DNA from: Candidatus Aenigmatarchaeota archaeon
GTDB taxonomy: Archaea > Aenigmatarchaeota > Aenigmatarchaeia > CG10238-14 > SCSR01
Assembly (NCBI GenBank): GCA_038998335.1
Contig: JAVZHQ010000001.1
Coordinates: 1 to 64,000, forward strand
DNA length: 64,000 bases
Direction: 5' to 3'
Shown here: one piece after another, positions 39,878 through 49,041 of the stretch
Layout of the letters: every line of letters begins with the position of its first letter
How positions within the stretch are numbered: the first letter of the stretch is position 1
Translations under genes and position numbers: made by a program
Notes under the pieces: generated by a model
Databases searched by the model: none
Told to the model about the DNA's origin: nothing
Seen by the model: only the letters and a program-made list of their open reading frames with translations

Positions 39878-40885
39878 TTGGTGCTAAAAATGGGCGAATT
39901 GTTTAAAATAAACAATGAAAATGAAATAGAATTTAATTCAGAAATATTACTAACTACTTTTTCAGAAAAAGAAAAAAGAAGGATGAAAGAATTTGAAAAA
40001 GTAATTTTTTTAAGGCAAAAAGGATTTCTTCCTAGCCAAATAAGTAGGTTACTAGGCATTCCAAAACAAAGAGTAGCTAGTTGGTTATTTGCTAATAAAA
40101 AGCCTATTGCCGTTAATGCTATAGAAATATGCAAGAAAAGAGGATTACTACCGATGAGAACGGACTTAAAGAGGTTCATCGTATTGCTGGATATTTTTTC
40201 TTGGATATTTGGTGATGGCAATTTAGGTAAAACACTAAATACTATTACTCTCTCTGGTAGAAAAAATGACTTAGAAAAAATAGCAAAAAGCATTACAAGT
40301 GCTTTTGGCTTTAAATGTGAAATAAAGACGGCCCCAGGAAGTAAAAATAAAGATAACTGTGCTTTAATTATACGAGGAAAAGGAACTCGTGCACTTTGTA
40401 GATTGTTAAAAGGTCTAGGTGCCCCGGTAGGAAATAAAGTAGAAAAGGCTTTCTTATTGCCTCAATGGGTCTTTTTATTAAAACCTAAGTTAAAGAAAAG
40501 ATTGTTAGAAGTATTTATGTCAAATGAAATAGGGATAGGGCATTTAGAAAAGAATGGGCAGATGCCATGTATAAGAATTAAGATGCGTAAAACTAAGAAA
40601 GAAGTACAAAATTTGATCGGGTTTTTAAATCAAATCGGTGTATTGCTTAAAGAGTTTGGAATTAAAGTATCAGAAGCAAAAATAGTAAAGGAAGTAGTTG
40701 ATAATAAAGGTGTAAAATGTGACGTTGTTCTTAACATTTCTAAGGCTATTAGAAATGTATTTACTTTTTCAAGTACTTTTAAGATGATTTTTGCGAAAGA
40801 AAAACAAGAAAGATTGGAAATACTTAAAGAGGCTGCAGAAAGGAAAATGAATTTGAACGAGAATTTTAATTTCATAATTCAATAA
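39878..40885 (+). CDS. Free-standing HTH plus LAGLIDADG-type endonuclease-like protein
   Basis: HTH (PSQISRLLGIPKQRVASWL); IFSWIFGDGNL first motif; LGAPVGNK; second motif degenerate (LLEVFMSNEI). Confidence 0.75.
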   Translation: MVLKMGELFKINNENEIEFNSEILLTTFSEKEKRRMKEFEKVIFLRQKGFLPSQISRLLGIPKQRVASWLFANKKPIAVNAIEICKKRGLLPMRTDLKRFIVLLDIFSWIFGDGNLGKTLNTITLSGRKNDLEKIAKSITSAFGFKCEIKTAPGSKNKDNCALIIRGKGTRALCRLLKGLGAPVGNKVEKAFLLPQWVFLLKPKLKKRLLEVFMSNEIGIGHLEKNGQMPCIRIKMRKTKKEVQNLIGFLNQIGVLLKEFGIKVSEAKIVKEVVDNKGVKCDVVLNISKAIRNVFTFSSTFKMIFAKEKQERLEILKEAAERKMNLNENFNFIIQ

Positions 40886-40924
40886 AAAATATTATTAAAA
40901 TCAAAATTAATTTTAAGATAAACT

Positions 40925-41725
40925 ATGATTAAAACTCCTAAGGATGTTGCTGAAGAAGCAGTAGAAGTTTTTACCTCAAAAGCTACTCAAAGCGCTAAAA
41001 AAATTTTTATTCTTTCCTTCCTTGCAGGAGTTTTTATTGCTTTTGGTGCTGAGCTTTCGACCATAGTTTCCTTTGACTTAAGAAATTTTAGCCTAGGGTT
41101 TTCAAGATTTTTGGCAGGAAGTGTTTTCTCTTTTGGTTTAATGCTTGTTGTTCTTACGGGTGCAGAGCTTTTTACTGGAAACTGCTTAATGGTAATTCCT
41201 TTGCTTAAGGGAGAAATAACTAAAAAGCAATTTTTGAAAAGCTGGGCAATAGTATACTTTGGAAATTTTTTGGGCTCCTTATTCTTTTCTTTCCTAATCT
41301 TCTTTTCAGGAATATATAATAATGCTATAGCAAGCTATGCAGTAGAGATTGCTGCTAATAAAACAAACCTAAGCTTTTTAGAAGCTTTTTTAAGAGGAGT
41401 AGCTTGCAACTGGCTTGTAGCGTTAGCAGTATGGCTTGCTTTAACAGGAAGCAATATGCTGGAAAAAATGGTTGGAATTTACTTTCCAATAATGGCTTTT
41501 GTTGCTTCCGGTTTTGAACATAGCATAGCAAACATGTTTTTCATTCCTTTGGGAATTTTGTTGAAAGATTCTGTTTCAGTTTCCATAGATATAGCAAACC
41601 TTACACTTGAGGGCTTTTTCCTGAGAAACTTAATTCCAGTAACACTTGGCAATATTGTAGGTGGAGCAATTTTTGTCGGCTTGATTTACTGGTACATTTA
41701 TCTTAAGGAAGAGATAATTTTATAG
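40925..41725 (+). CDS. Formate/nitrite transporter (FNT family)
   Basis: GAELFTGN, CNWLVALA, GFEHSIANMF, VTLGNIVGG. Confidence 0.95.
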   Translation: MIKTPKDVAEEAVEVFTSKATQSAKKIFILSFLAGVFIAFGAELSTIVSFDLRNFSLGFSRFLAGSVFSFGLMLVVLTGAELFTGNCLMVIPLLKGEITKKQFLKSWAIVYFGNFLGSLFFSFLIFFSGIYNNAIASYAVEIAANKTNLSFLEAFLRGVACNWLVALAVWLALTGSNMLEKMVGIYFPIMAFVASGFEHSIANMFFIPLGILLKDSVSVSIDIANLTLEGFFLRNLIPVTLGNIVGGAIFVGLIYWYIYLKEEIIL

Positions 41726-41730
41726 TATAA

Positions 41731-41737
41731 GGGGTGA
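41731..41737 (+). promoter_or_regulatory. Shine-Dalgarno-like site before the TTG start of gap
   Basis: GGGGTGA 4 nt upstream of TTG 41742. Confidence 0.6.
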
Positions 41738-41741
41738 TGAG

Positions 41742-42779
41742 TTGACAATAAAAGTTGCTGTTAACGGAATAGGAACAATAGGAAAAAGAGTTGCCCATGC
41801 CATAAAATTGCAGGATGATATGAAGCTTGTAGCTATAGCAGATGTAGCAGCAACTTCTTGGCTAAGAACAGTCCTAGAGCCAGAAGGTCCTTTGTACAAA
41901 ACTGATTTGTATGCTTCGAATAAAGAAGGCTTAGAAGCTATGAGAAATGCAGGAATGTTCGTTAACGGCTTACTAGAGGATTTACTAGTTTCAAAGAAAG
42001 TTGACGTTGTTGTTGATTGTACGCCTGCAGGAATAGGCGCAAAAAATAAGCCTTTATACGAGAAATATGGAGTAAAAGTGGTTTATCAGGGAGGAGAAGA
42101 GGCTAATGTGGCTCAAGTTAGCTTTGTTGCTATAGCAAATTATGAAAAAGCTTTAAACGCTAACTCAGTAAGGGTTGTTAGCTGTAACACAACCTCTCTA
42201 GTAAGAACTTTGCACGCCTTAGACACAAACTTTGGAATAGAAGAAGTTTTAGCAGTTTTGGTAAGAAGAGCTACAGACCCTTGGGACGAAAAGCCAGGGC
42301 CAATAAATGCTGTAGTACCAGAAGTTCACATCCCATCACATCAAGGTCCTGACTTACAAACTGTTTTGCCACACATAAACATAACCACAATGGCATGCAA
42401 AGTTCCTTCAACTTTAGCTCACACACACTTTGTTAGCGGGACTCTTAAGAAAAAAGCTTCCTTAGATGAAATAAAAAATGCCTTAGAGAAAGCAGGAAGA
42501 ATAGTTCTTCTAAAAGCTTCTCATGGTTATACAGCAACCTCAAGAATTATTGAAAGATATAGAGACTTGTGTAGGCCAAGACACGATATGTACGAAGTAG
42601 CTATTTGGGACGAATCAATAACAGTAAAAGATAAGAAGTTCTACTGGATTCATGCAGTTCATTCAGAAGCTATAGTAATTCCAGAAAACATAGATGCGAT
42701 AAGAGCAATAACAGGAATAGAGAAAGATAAGTTCAAAAGCATAGAAAAAACAAACAAATCGCTTGGAATCAAGTGTTAA
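41742..42779 (+). CDS. gap: Glyceraldehyde-3-phosphate dehydrogenase, archaeal type II
   Basis: VNGIGTIGKRVA, VVDCTP, RVVSCNTT, VIPENIDAIRA. Confidence 0.96.
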   Translation: MTIKVAVNGIGTIGKRVAHAIKLQDDMKLVAIADVAATSWLRTVLEPEGPLYKTDLYASNKEGLEAMRNAGMFVNGLLEDLLVSKKVDVVVDCTPAGIGAKNKPLYEKYGVKVVYQGGEEANVAQVSFVAIANYEKALNANSVRVVSCNTTSLVRTLHALDTNFGIEEVLAVLVRRATDPWDEKPGPINAVVPEVHIPSHQGPDLQTVLPHINITTMACKVPSTLAHTHFVSGTLKKKASLDEIKNALEKAGRIVLLKASHGYTATSRIIERYRDLCRPRHDMYEVAIWDESITVKDKKFYWIHAVHSEAIVIPENIDAIRAITGIEKDKFKSIEKTNKSLGIKC

Positions 42780-42781
42780 GA

Positions 42782-44026
42782 ATGGAATTTTTAACCTTGG
42801 ATGAGGCTAAAGTAGCCAACAAAACAGTTTTGTTAAGAGTAGACATTAATGTTCCTTATGACTTGGAGAAAAAGGAAATACAAGATTCAGAAAGAATAAG
42901 GGAGCATGCAAAAACTATTAAAGAGCTTTCTGATAAAAAAGCAAAAGTAGTTATTCTTGCGCATCAAGGAAGAAAAGGGGATCCAGACTTTATTCATTTG
43001 GACCAGCACGCAAAGCTTTTATCAAAATATGTAGGAAAGGAAGTTCAGTTTGTCGACGATATAATAGGAGAAAAAGCGATAAAGAAAATAAAATCTCTTA
43101 AGCCAGGAGAAGTTTTGCTTTTAGATAACGTTAGGTTTTTAGACGAGGAAACCGAAGAAAAGAGCCCAAAAGAACATGCAAAAAGCAAATTGGTAAAAAA
43201 GCTTTCTAAGCTTGCAGAGATTTTTGTTAACGACGCTTTTTCTGCTTCTCATAGAAGCCATGCTTCCATAGTTGGTTTTACAGAGGTTTTACCAAGCTAT
43301 GCAGGAAGGATAATGGAAAAAGAGCTTAAGTCAGAAGAAAGAGCTTTAGATCCTTTAGGAACAAACGTTTTTGTTTTGGGAGGAGCAAAACCTGACGATT
43401 GCTTGAATATAATAGATTATATGTTTAAAAACAAGCCTGGCTCAATAGAAAAAGTTTTGACTTGCGGCACAGTAGGAGAAATATTCCTTGCAGCAAAAGG
43501 TTATGATTTGGGTAAGGAAACAAAAGAGTTTTTTGCAAAAAAAGGTTTTGATAAGCTCATAGAACAAGCAAAAGGTTTGCTCCAAAATTACGAGCTTGAA
43601 ATAGAGTTGCCTGTAGATGTTGCTTTCGAAGAAAATGGAACAAGAAAAGAAATTCCAGTAGAAAATTTGCCTGTCGAAAAACTTTTGCAAGATATAGGTA
43701 GCGAAACAGCTAAGAAATACTCCGAGATAATAAAAAAGGCAAGGACTGTTGTGGTTAAAGGGCCTGCAGGAGTTTATGAGAAGCAAGGATTTGAGGTTGG
43801 CACAAAGCTTATCCTCGAAGCTATAGCAAACTCAAAAGCATTTTCTTTAATTGGAGGAGGAGACACTCTAGTTGCCATAGAAAAATTGGGAATAGATAAA
43901 AACAAATTCTCTTACATAAGCCTAGGCGGAGGAGCTCTAATAACTTCCCTTTCAGGAAAAGGAATGCCAGGGGTTGAAGCTTTAATAAAAGCAGCTAAAA
44001 AAGTTAAAAAGAAAAAGAGGAAGTAA
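42782..44026 (+). CDS. pgk: Phosphoglycerate kinase
   Basis: LRVDINVP, AHQGR, LLDNVRF, DAFSASHR, GGGDT, SLGGGA; likely ATG at 42782. Confidence 0.96.
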   Translation: MEFLTLDEAKVANKTVLLRVDINVPYDLEKKEIQDSERIREHAKTIKELSDKKAKVVILAHQGRKGDPDFIHLDQHAKLLSKYVGKEVQFVDDIIGEKAIKKIKSLKPGEVLLLDNVRFLDEETEEKSPKEHAKSKLVKKLSKLAEIFVNDAFSASHRSHASIVGFTEVLPSYAGRIMEKELKSEERALDPLGTNVFVLGGAKPDDCLNIIDYMFKNKPGSIEKVLTCGTVGEIFLAAKGYDLGKETKEFFAKKGFDKLIEQAKGLLQNYELEIELPVDVAFEENGTRKEIPVENLPVEKLLQDIGSETAKKYSEIIKKARTVVVKGPAGVYEKQGFEVGTKLILEAIANSKAFSLIGGGDTLVAIEKLGIDKNKFSYISLGGGALITSLSGKGMPGVEALIKAAKKVKKKKRK

Positions 44027-44066
44027 TTTTTTTAATTTTCCAGCTATCATTTTAAGTAGTGATTAA

Positions 44067-44345
44067 ATGAAAAAGATTAGAATTCATGCTTTTATTTCTG
44101 GCTTAGTTCAAGGTGTAAACTTTAGATACAACACAAAAAAGTTTGCAGAGGGTTTGGGAATTGCAGGCTGGGTAAGGAACTTAAAAGACGGAAGAGTAGA
44201 AGTTGTGGCAGAAGGAAGTGAAGTAAGAATAAAACATTTCTTAGATTTTCTTAAAAAAGGACCACCAGGCTCAAAAGTTGTAAACGTTGAAGTAATAGAA
44301 GAAGAATATAAAGGTGAATTTAAGTTTTTTGACATCCTTTACTAA
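44067..44345 (+). CDS. acyP: Acylphosphatase
   Basis: GLVQGVNFR, GWVRNLKDGRVE, GPP. Confidence 0.95.
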   Translation: MKKIRIHAFISGLVQGVNFRYNTKKFAEGLGIAGWVRNLKDGRVEVVAEGSEVRIKHFLDFLKKGPPGSKVVNVEVIEEEYKGEFKFFDILY

Positions 44346-44647
44346 ATTTTCTTAAGAAGTTCCAGCATTATCTTGTTTCTCAATTCAGAATCTTTCAAAG
44401 CTTCTTCTACAAGCTTTTCCTTGAAATTTTTTAGGTCAAGGGAAGAAAATATAAGCTCTGCTATTTTCTTCCTTACTTCTTCATTATTTTTTGCTGTTTC
44501 TATGAAAGAGCTTAAGGCTTTCTCTGTTATATCAGTTTTAACTTCCTGTTTAACTTCTTCTTTATTCTCTTTTTTCTCAGAATCCTCAAAAACAATCTTT
44601 ACCTTTGCTGGAACTTCTTCTTTTTTTGGAATCTTTATTTCTGGCAT
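44342..44647 (-). CDS. Hypothetical charged helical protein
   Basis: 101-aa ORF with genome-typical E/K-rich composition filling an intergenic gap. Confidence 0.6.
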   Translation of the reverse strand: MPEIKIPKKEEVPAKVKIVFEDSEKKENKEEVKQEVKTDITEKALSSFIETAKNNEEVRKKIAELIFSSLDLKNFKEKLVEEALKDSELRNKIMLELLKKI

Positions 44648-44700
44648 AACAAAAAAATAAAACCTTAAACTTTAAATCCTTAACTATTCTCTTCTTGGTT

Positions 44701-44874
44701 ATGGAAGATTTAAAGTCACTTATAGAAGAGTTAATTTTTAAAGTAAAAAGTGATGAGGAATTTTTTAGGGAGTTTATTAGCTTTCTCAAAAGGTTTGGAA
44801 AGAGAGAAATATTACTAAGGATAGTAAGGAAAATTCTTTTAGATTCTTGTAAAAATTTAAAATTTAGCGAATAG
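44701..44874 (+). CDS. Hypothetical 57-aa protein (not in ORF track)
   Basis: ATG 44701 to TAG 44874: MEDLKSLIEELIFKVKSDEEFFREFISFLKRFGKREILLRIVRKILLDSCKNLKFSE; purine-rich codon usage. Confidence 0.45.
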   Translation: MEDLKSLIEELIFKVKSDEEFFREFISFLKRFGKREILLRIVRKILLDSCKNLKFSE

Positions 44875-45532
44875 CTTTTGCAAAATCCTCTAGAACTCTT
44901 TTTGGATTTCTAGCTTTTACTACGCCTGAAGCAACAAGAATTCCTTTTGTTCCTAAATCCAAAGCTTTTTTAACGTCTTCTCCGTTAGTTATTCCTGCTC
45001 CGCACAAAACTTTTATTTCTGGATTAATTCTGTAAATTTCTTCGACAAATTCTTTAACACTATCAGGCTTTACTTTTGATATAGCCTTTCCACTTCCGAT
45101 TAAAATAGGATCCTCGTAAGCTATAAAATTCGGCTTAAATTTTGCGATTTCCTTTCCTTTTTCCAAGCTATCAGCGCAAACTACTGAAATAAGCTTGTAT
45201 TTCCTGAGCAATTCTACACGTTTTCCTATTTCTTCTAACTCAAGCTTTTTTTCTGAATGGTTTATTAAGCTTCCTTTTACTCCGTATTCTTTTAAAACTA
45301 ACAAAGAAACGTGTCCAGTAAAAGCTCCATATTCTATTGCGTCAACGTGCTGAGCAAAAACTGGTATTTTAACTTTTCTTGCAAGATAAAGGTCGGTAAA
45401 TTGTGGAGCAATAGCTATGTTAATTCTATAGTTTCTTGCAACTTTCTCGCAAATTTTTGTTAGCTTTAAAGCATTTTCTCCTGTAGCTTCTCTGTAGCAT
45501 TTAAAGTTAACAAGTATTAAAGGAAGTTTCAT
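44864..45532 (-). CDS. tpiA: Triosephosphate isomerase, archaeal type
   Basis: VNFKCY, AQHVD, LINHSE, AYEDPILIGSG, GAGI, LVASGVVKA. Confidence 0.96.
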   Translation of the reverse strand: MKLPLILVNFKCYREATGENALKLTKICEKVARNYRINIAIAPQFTDLYLARKVKIPVFAQHVDAIEYGAFTGHVSLLVLKEYGVKGSLINHSEKKLELEEIGKRVELLRKYKLISVVCADSLEKGKEIAKFKPNFIAYEDPILIGSGKAISKVKPDSVKEFVEEIYRINPEIKVLCGAGITNGEDVKKALDLGTKGILVASGVVKARNPKRVLEDFAKAIR

Positions 45533-45631
45533 AATTTATTTTGTATCAGTCAAAATAAATAATCTTTAGTAAATGTTTACCACCTTAGTGGTAGGTAAAC
45601 TACTTATTTACATACTATCAAGTGGCCTAAG

Positions 45632-46579
45632 ATGGGATCCGAAAGTCCATCAGAAAAAATAAAAATCCGTAGTTTACCTTTAGAAGAAAGAATAAGACTA
45701 TATAACAAAGCAATCGATCTACACAAAAAATATGGTTGGGGATATGTGCGCATAAGCAAAAAACTCTCTGTTCCAATAGATGTTGTCAGGCATTGGTTAT
45801 ATTATGGAAGAATTCCAATTCGCCAAGGGCATCCCCATTTATTTGAGCCAACACCAAGCCCTGAATTAGCATATGTAATAGGAGTTGTTCTAGGTGATGG
45901 AAATTTAAGTCAAAGGAAAAAAAGTGGTGAAAGGTCTGGAAGGGTAATTAGACTAAGAGCAAGAGACAAAGAATTCGTAGAAAAGTTTGCTTTAGCCATG
46001 AGCAAATTGCTCAGAAAGAGAAAACCCTACAAGGTCGTATTTGAAAATAATCAATATAGAGTTTATGGTTATAGCTTTTATCTCTTTGAATTTTTGAAAA
46101 AACAATTCGATACATTAAAACCATTCATCGAAGCTTATCCGACAGAATTTATTAAAGGTGTTGTAGATAGTGAGGGAAGCGTGAAAATAAGTGTCTGGCG
46201 ATGGAAAACTTACAGAGCTTTAACAGTAAATGTGGCTATTACAAATACAAATTTAGAATTATTGTTATATGTTCATGAGCTTTTAAGAAAACATTTAGGA
46301 ATAGAAAGTATTATTAAGCCTAGCTATAAAGCAGGAAGCAAATTTTGGAGGAATGGTAAAGAATTTACTCGCAAAAAAGACATGTATGATTTAGTAATAA
46401 CTAAATTAAATGATGTGAAACTCTTTGCTTCTCGTGTGGGGTTTTCAATAAAAAGGAAACACCAAAAGTTGCTTGATGCAATTAGGATATGTGAAGATTT
46501 CAAATCTGGGGAAGAGCGAACTGAGGCTTGGTTAAAACTTTATAAAAAGAAAAATGGAAGGTGGGCAAGAATAAAGTAA
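45632..46579 (+). CDS. Free-standing HTH plus double-motif LAGLIDADG homing endonuclease
   Basis: HTH (YVRISKKLSVPIDVVRHWL); LAYVIGVVLGDG and FIKGVVDSEG motifs; ITNTNLELL; VGFSIKRK. Confidence 0.88.
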   Translation: MGSESPSEKIKIRSLPLEERIRLYNKAIDLHKKYGWGYVRISKKLSVPIDVVRHWLYYGRIPIRQGHPHLFEPTPSPELAYVIGVVLGDGNLSQRKKSGERSGRVIRLRARDKEFVEKFALAMSKLLRKRKPYKVVFENNQYRVYGYSFYLFEFLKKQFDTLKPFIEAYPTEFIKGVVDSEGSVKISVWRWKTYRALTVNVAITNTNLELLLYVHELLRKHLGIESIIKPSYKAGSKFWRNGKEFTRKKDMYDLVITKLNDVKLFASRVGFSIKRKHQKLLDAIRICEDFKSGEERTEAWLKLYKKKNGRWARIK

Positions 46580-46607
46580 TATTAAAGTTTAAAAACAAAT
46601 AAATAAT

Positions 46608-47734
46608 ATGAGCGAGAAAATTACGGTATCTTTAATAAAGGCTGACATAGATGGCTCATAGGAGCCAGTGTAAGCAGCCTTGTAGGGCATGGGAGAGTTC
46701 ATCCGGATATAATCAAAACAGCAGAAGAACTTTTACAAAAAGCAAAAGACGAGAATTTAATAATAGATTTTTTTGTCACCAACTGTGGAGACGATTTAGA
46801 ACTTATAATGACTCATCAAAAATTTATAGAGAACCCAGAAATTCATAAGCTTGCTTTTGATACTTTTATGAAATGCGCAGAAATAGCTAAATCCTTAAAG
46901 CTTTATGGAGCAGGCCAAGACTTGCTTAAAACTGCTTTCTCTGGCAATATAAAAGGTATGGGCCCAGGAGTTTGTGAAATAGCTTTTGAGGAAAGAAAAA
47001 GCGAGCCAATAGTTTGCTTTATGGCAGATAAAACAGAGCCAGGAGCCTGGAACATGGCTTTGTATAAAATATTTGCCGATCCTTTTAACACTCCAGGCCT
47101 AGTTATAGATCCGAGCATGCATTCAGGTTTTTCCTTTGAGGTTCATGATTTGTTTGAACATAAAAAGATAAGGTTTTCAGCTCCCTCAGAAATATATGAT
47201 TTACTTGTTTTTATAGGAGCTCCAGCAAGGTACTGTATAAAATCAGTTTTTAGGAACTCAGATAACGAAATTGCAGCTGTTTCTTCTACCGATAGGCTAA
47301 GCCTAATCGCAGGTCATTATGTGGGAAAAGATGACCCGGCTTTAATAGTAAGGGCTCAGTCTGGTTTCCCAGCTGTTGGTGAAATTTTAGAACCTTTCGC
47401 CTTTCCTTATCTTGTAGCAGGAGGAATGCGTGGTTCTCATAATGTTCCTCTCATGCCAGTAAGTTTAAAAGATGCTCATCCTACACGATTTGATGCGCCA
47501 GCCAGAGTTATAGCTTTAGGATTTCAGCTTAATAATGGAAAATTACAAGGTCCGGTAGATTTATTTGATGACCCTGCCTTCGATTATGTAAGACAAAAAT
47601 GTAACGAAATAATGGATTACATAAGAAAACACGGAACCTTTGAGCCTCATCGCTTACCCTTGGATGAAATGGAATATACAACTCTGCCAGAAGTTAGAAA
47701 AAGGCTTGAAAGTAGGTTTGAAAAATTAGGTTAG
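46608..47734 (+). CDS. fbp: Fructose-1,6-bisphosphate aldolase/phosphatase (class V FBPase), join(46608..46650,46674..47734), 367 aa
   Basis: Joined frame reads MSEKITVSLIKADIGSLVGHGRVHP...CGDDLELIMTH...YGAGQDLL...DKTEPGAWN...YVGKDDP...MRGSH...EYTT. The track ORF 46808-47734 lacks the N-terminal metal ligands. Confidence 0.93.
46651..46673 (+). other. 23-nt bulge-helix-bulge (BHB) intron candidate in fbp
   Basis: AAGGCTG-ACAT-AG^A-TGGCTC-ATAG-GAGCCA-GTGT-AA^G-CAGCCTT: 7-bp exon stem, 4-bp central helix, two 3-nt bulges, 6-bp intron stem; removal restores frame and motif. Confidence 0.88.
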
Positions 47735-48978
47735 TGTTTCTTGATGAACTCTGTCAAAACCCTTGCTTTAAAATCAGAAATTATACTCATAAAGTTTACA
47801 AAACCATCTTGAGGAGTTGGAAAACAAGAGAAATATTTATGTACATCACCATCTCCCCACCATTTTGTACAACAATAATATAAATGGTCACTAATCTGTA
47901 AGAGTCGCCATATTCTTGTTAGCTCAGGATTGTTCAAGCTTTTGATAGCTTTTTCAAGGTTTTTTAACTCTTCGAAACAAACTTGTTGCATTCTGTTACC
48001 AAGCCAAGCAGAAGTATCCCTTTCCATGTCAGCCCAGGAAACTGTGCTAAACTCAAAAACATCTATTTCTCCTACAGGCTCATATTTCTCAATAATTTCA
48101 CTTGGTGTGCAAAACTCTAAGCTTTCATACTTTAGAACCTCATAAGGCAAAGCCTTTAAAAACCAGAATATTCCAGATTCTGCCCATTGATGCTCACCAA
48201 AAGTTTCATAATCCATAAAAATGTTTATACATTGACCAGGAGTTGCAGCAAGCCATGCAGCATACTTATCAGCAGTCAAAGGCCATTGGTCCCAGTCTCT
48301 TGAAGAAAATCTATAGCCAACGTCATCACTAAGCCTATAATTTCTTAGCAAAACTCTTATTCTGCTTTCAGGCCTAGGGTCGTTTGGGAAAGCGTACTTT
48401 CTTACATAAACATAATTTGGACTTCTCCATCCCAAAATTTTTTCTACTCCTTCTGTGAAAATTCCTTTAAAACCTAGGTCTTCGACAACTTTTGCTATTA
48501 AATTGTTATAAATCATTTCTGTGTTAACAAAAACTTTTGGTTTAAAATTTAGCAAATCTTTTATCGTTTGAGAATGCATCTTTACTTGCTCTATAAATTC
48601 GTTTTTTTCTTCAAAAAGGCTTGCTAAGGAATGATAATAAGTCTCGCCTAAAAATTCCACACATTTTGTTTCTGCTAATTGTTTAAAGCTATCAATCAAA
48701 TCCTTGTGAAACATTTCACACAACTCAAGAAAAACTCCTGTAACAGAAAAAGTTACCTTAAACTTCTTCTTTTCTTTTTTAAAGTTATCTATAAGCTCTA
48801 ACAAGATTCTATTCGTGGGGTAGTAACATCTGCTTGCAACTCTGTCAAAAATGTATTTATCCAAACCATGATTGAAATACTTTGAAAAAGCTTCCTGATT
48901 ACTTAAGATGCCGTTAGACTGGAAATTCATTAGTCTAAAAGGCTGATGAACCTGAAAACAAAGGCTTATTGAAGTCAT
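47731..48978 (-). CDS. Glycoside hydrolase family 57 (alpha-amylase type)
   Basis: FQVHQPFRL, ETYYHSL, NTEMIY, RNYRLSDDVGYRFS, MDYETFGEHQW, SWADMERD. Confidence 0.93.
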   Translation of the reverse strand: MTSISLCFQVHQPFRLMNFQSNGILSNQEAFSKYFNHGLDKYIFDRVASRCYYPTNRILLELIDNFKKEKKKFKVTFSVTGVFLELCEMFHKDLIDSFKQLAETKCVEFLGETYYHSLASLFEEKNEFIEQVKMHSQTIKDLLNFKPKVFVNTEMIYNNLIAKVVEDLGFKGIFTEGVEKILGWRSPNYVYVRKYAFPNDPRPESRIRVLLRNYRLSDDVGYRFSSRDWDQWPLTADKYAAWLAATPGQCINIFMDYETFGEHQWAESGIFWFLKALPYEVLKYESLEFCTPSEIIEKYEPVGEIDVFEFSTVSWADMERDTSAWLGNRMQQVCFEELKNLEKAIKSLNNPELTRIWRLLQISDHLYYCCTKWWGDGDVHKYFSCFPTPQDGFVNFMSIISDFKARVLTEFIKKH

Positions 48979-49041
48979 GATATTAAATAATAGAGAGCTT
49001 ATAAATAAAGTTAATGTTTTAAGAAAAGAGAAAAAATATAT

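Noticed and set aside
39878-46579. The two LAGLIDADG ORFs as inteins or intron-encoded ORFs
   Set aside because: No Hint-domain termini (N-terminal Cys/Ser, C-terminal His-Asn), the flanking genes are complete, and I saw no interrupted host gene or enclosing BHB around either ORF.
46651-46848. 65-aa ORF starting at the first base of the intron
   Set aside because: Out-of-frame overlap with fbp exon 2; no recognisable protein features.
46608-47734. fbp as a frameshifted pseudogene or as a 308-aa protein starting at 46808
   Set aside because: The disruption is a precise BHB-forming insert whose canonical excision restores the conserved motif; all other catalytic motifs are intact, and the short form would lack N-terminal metal ligands.
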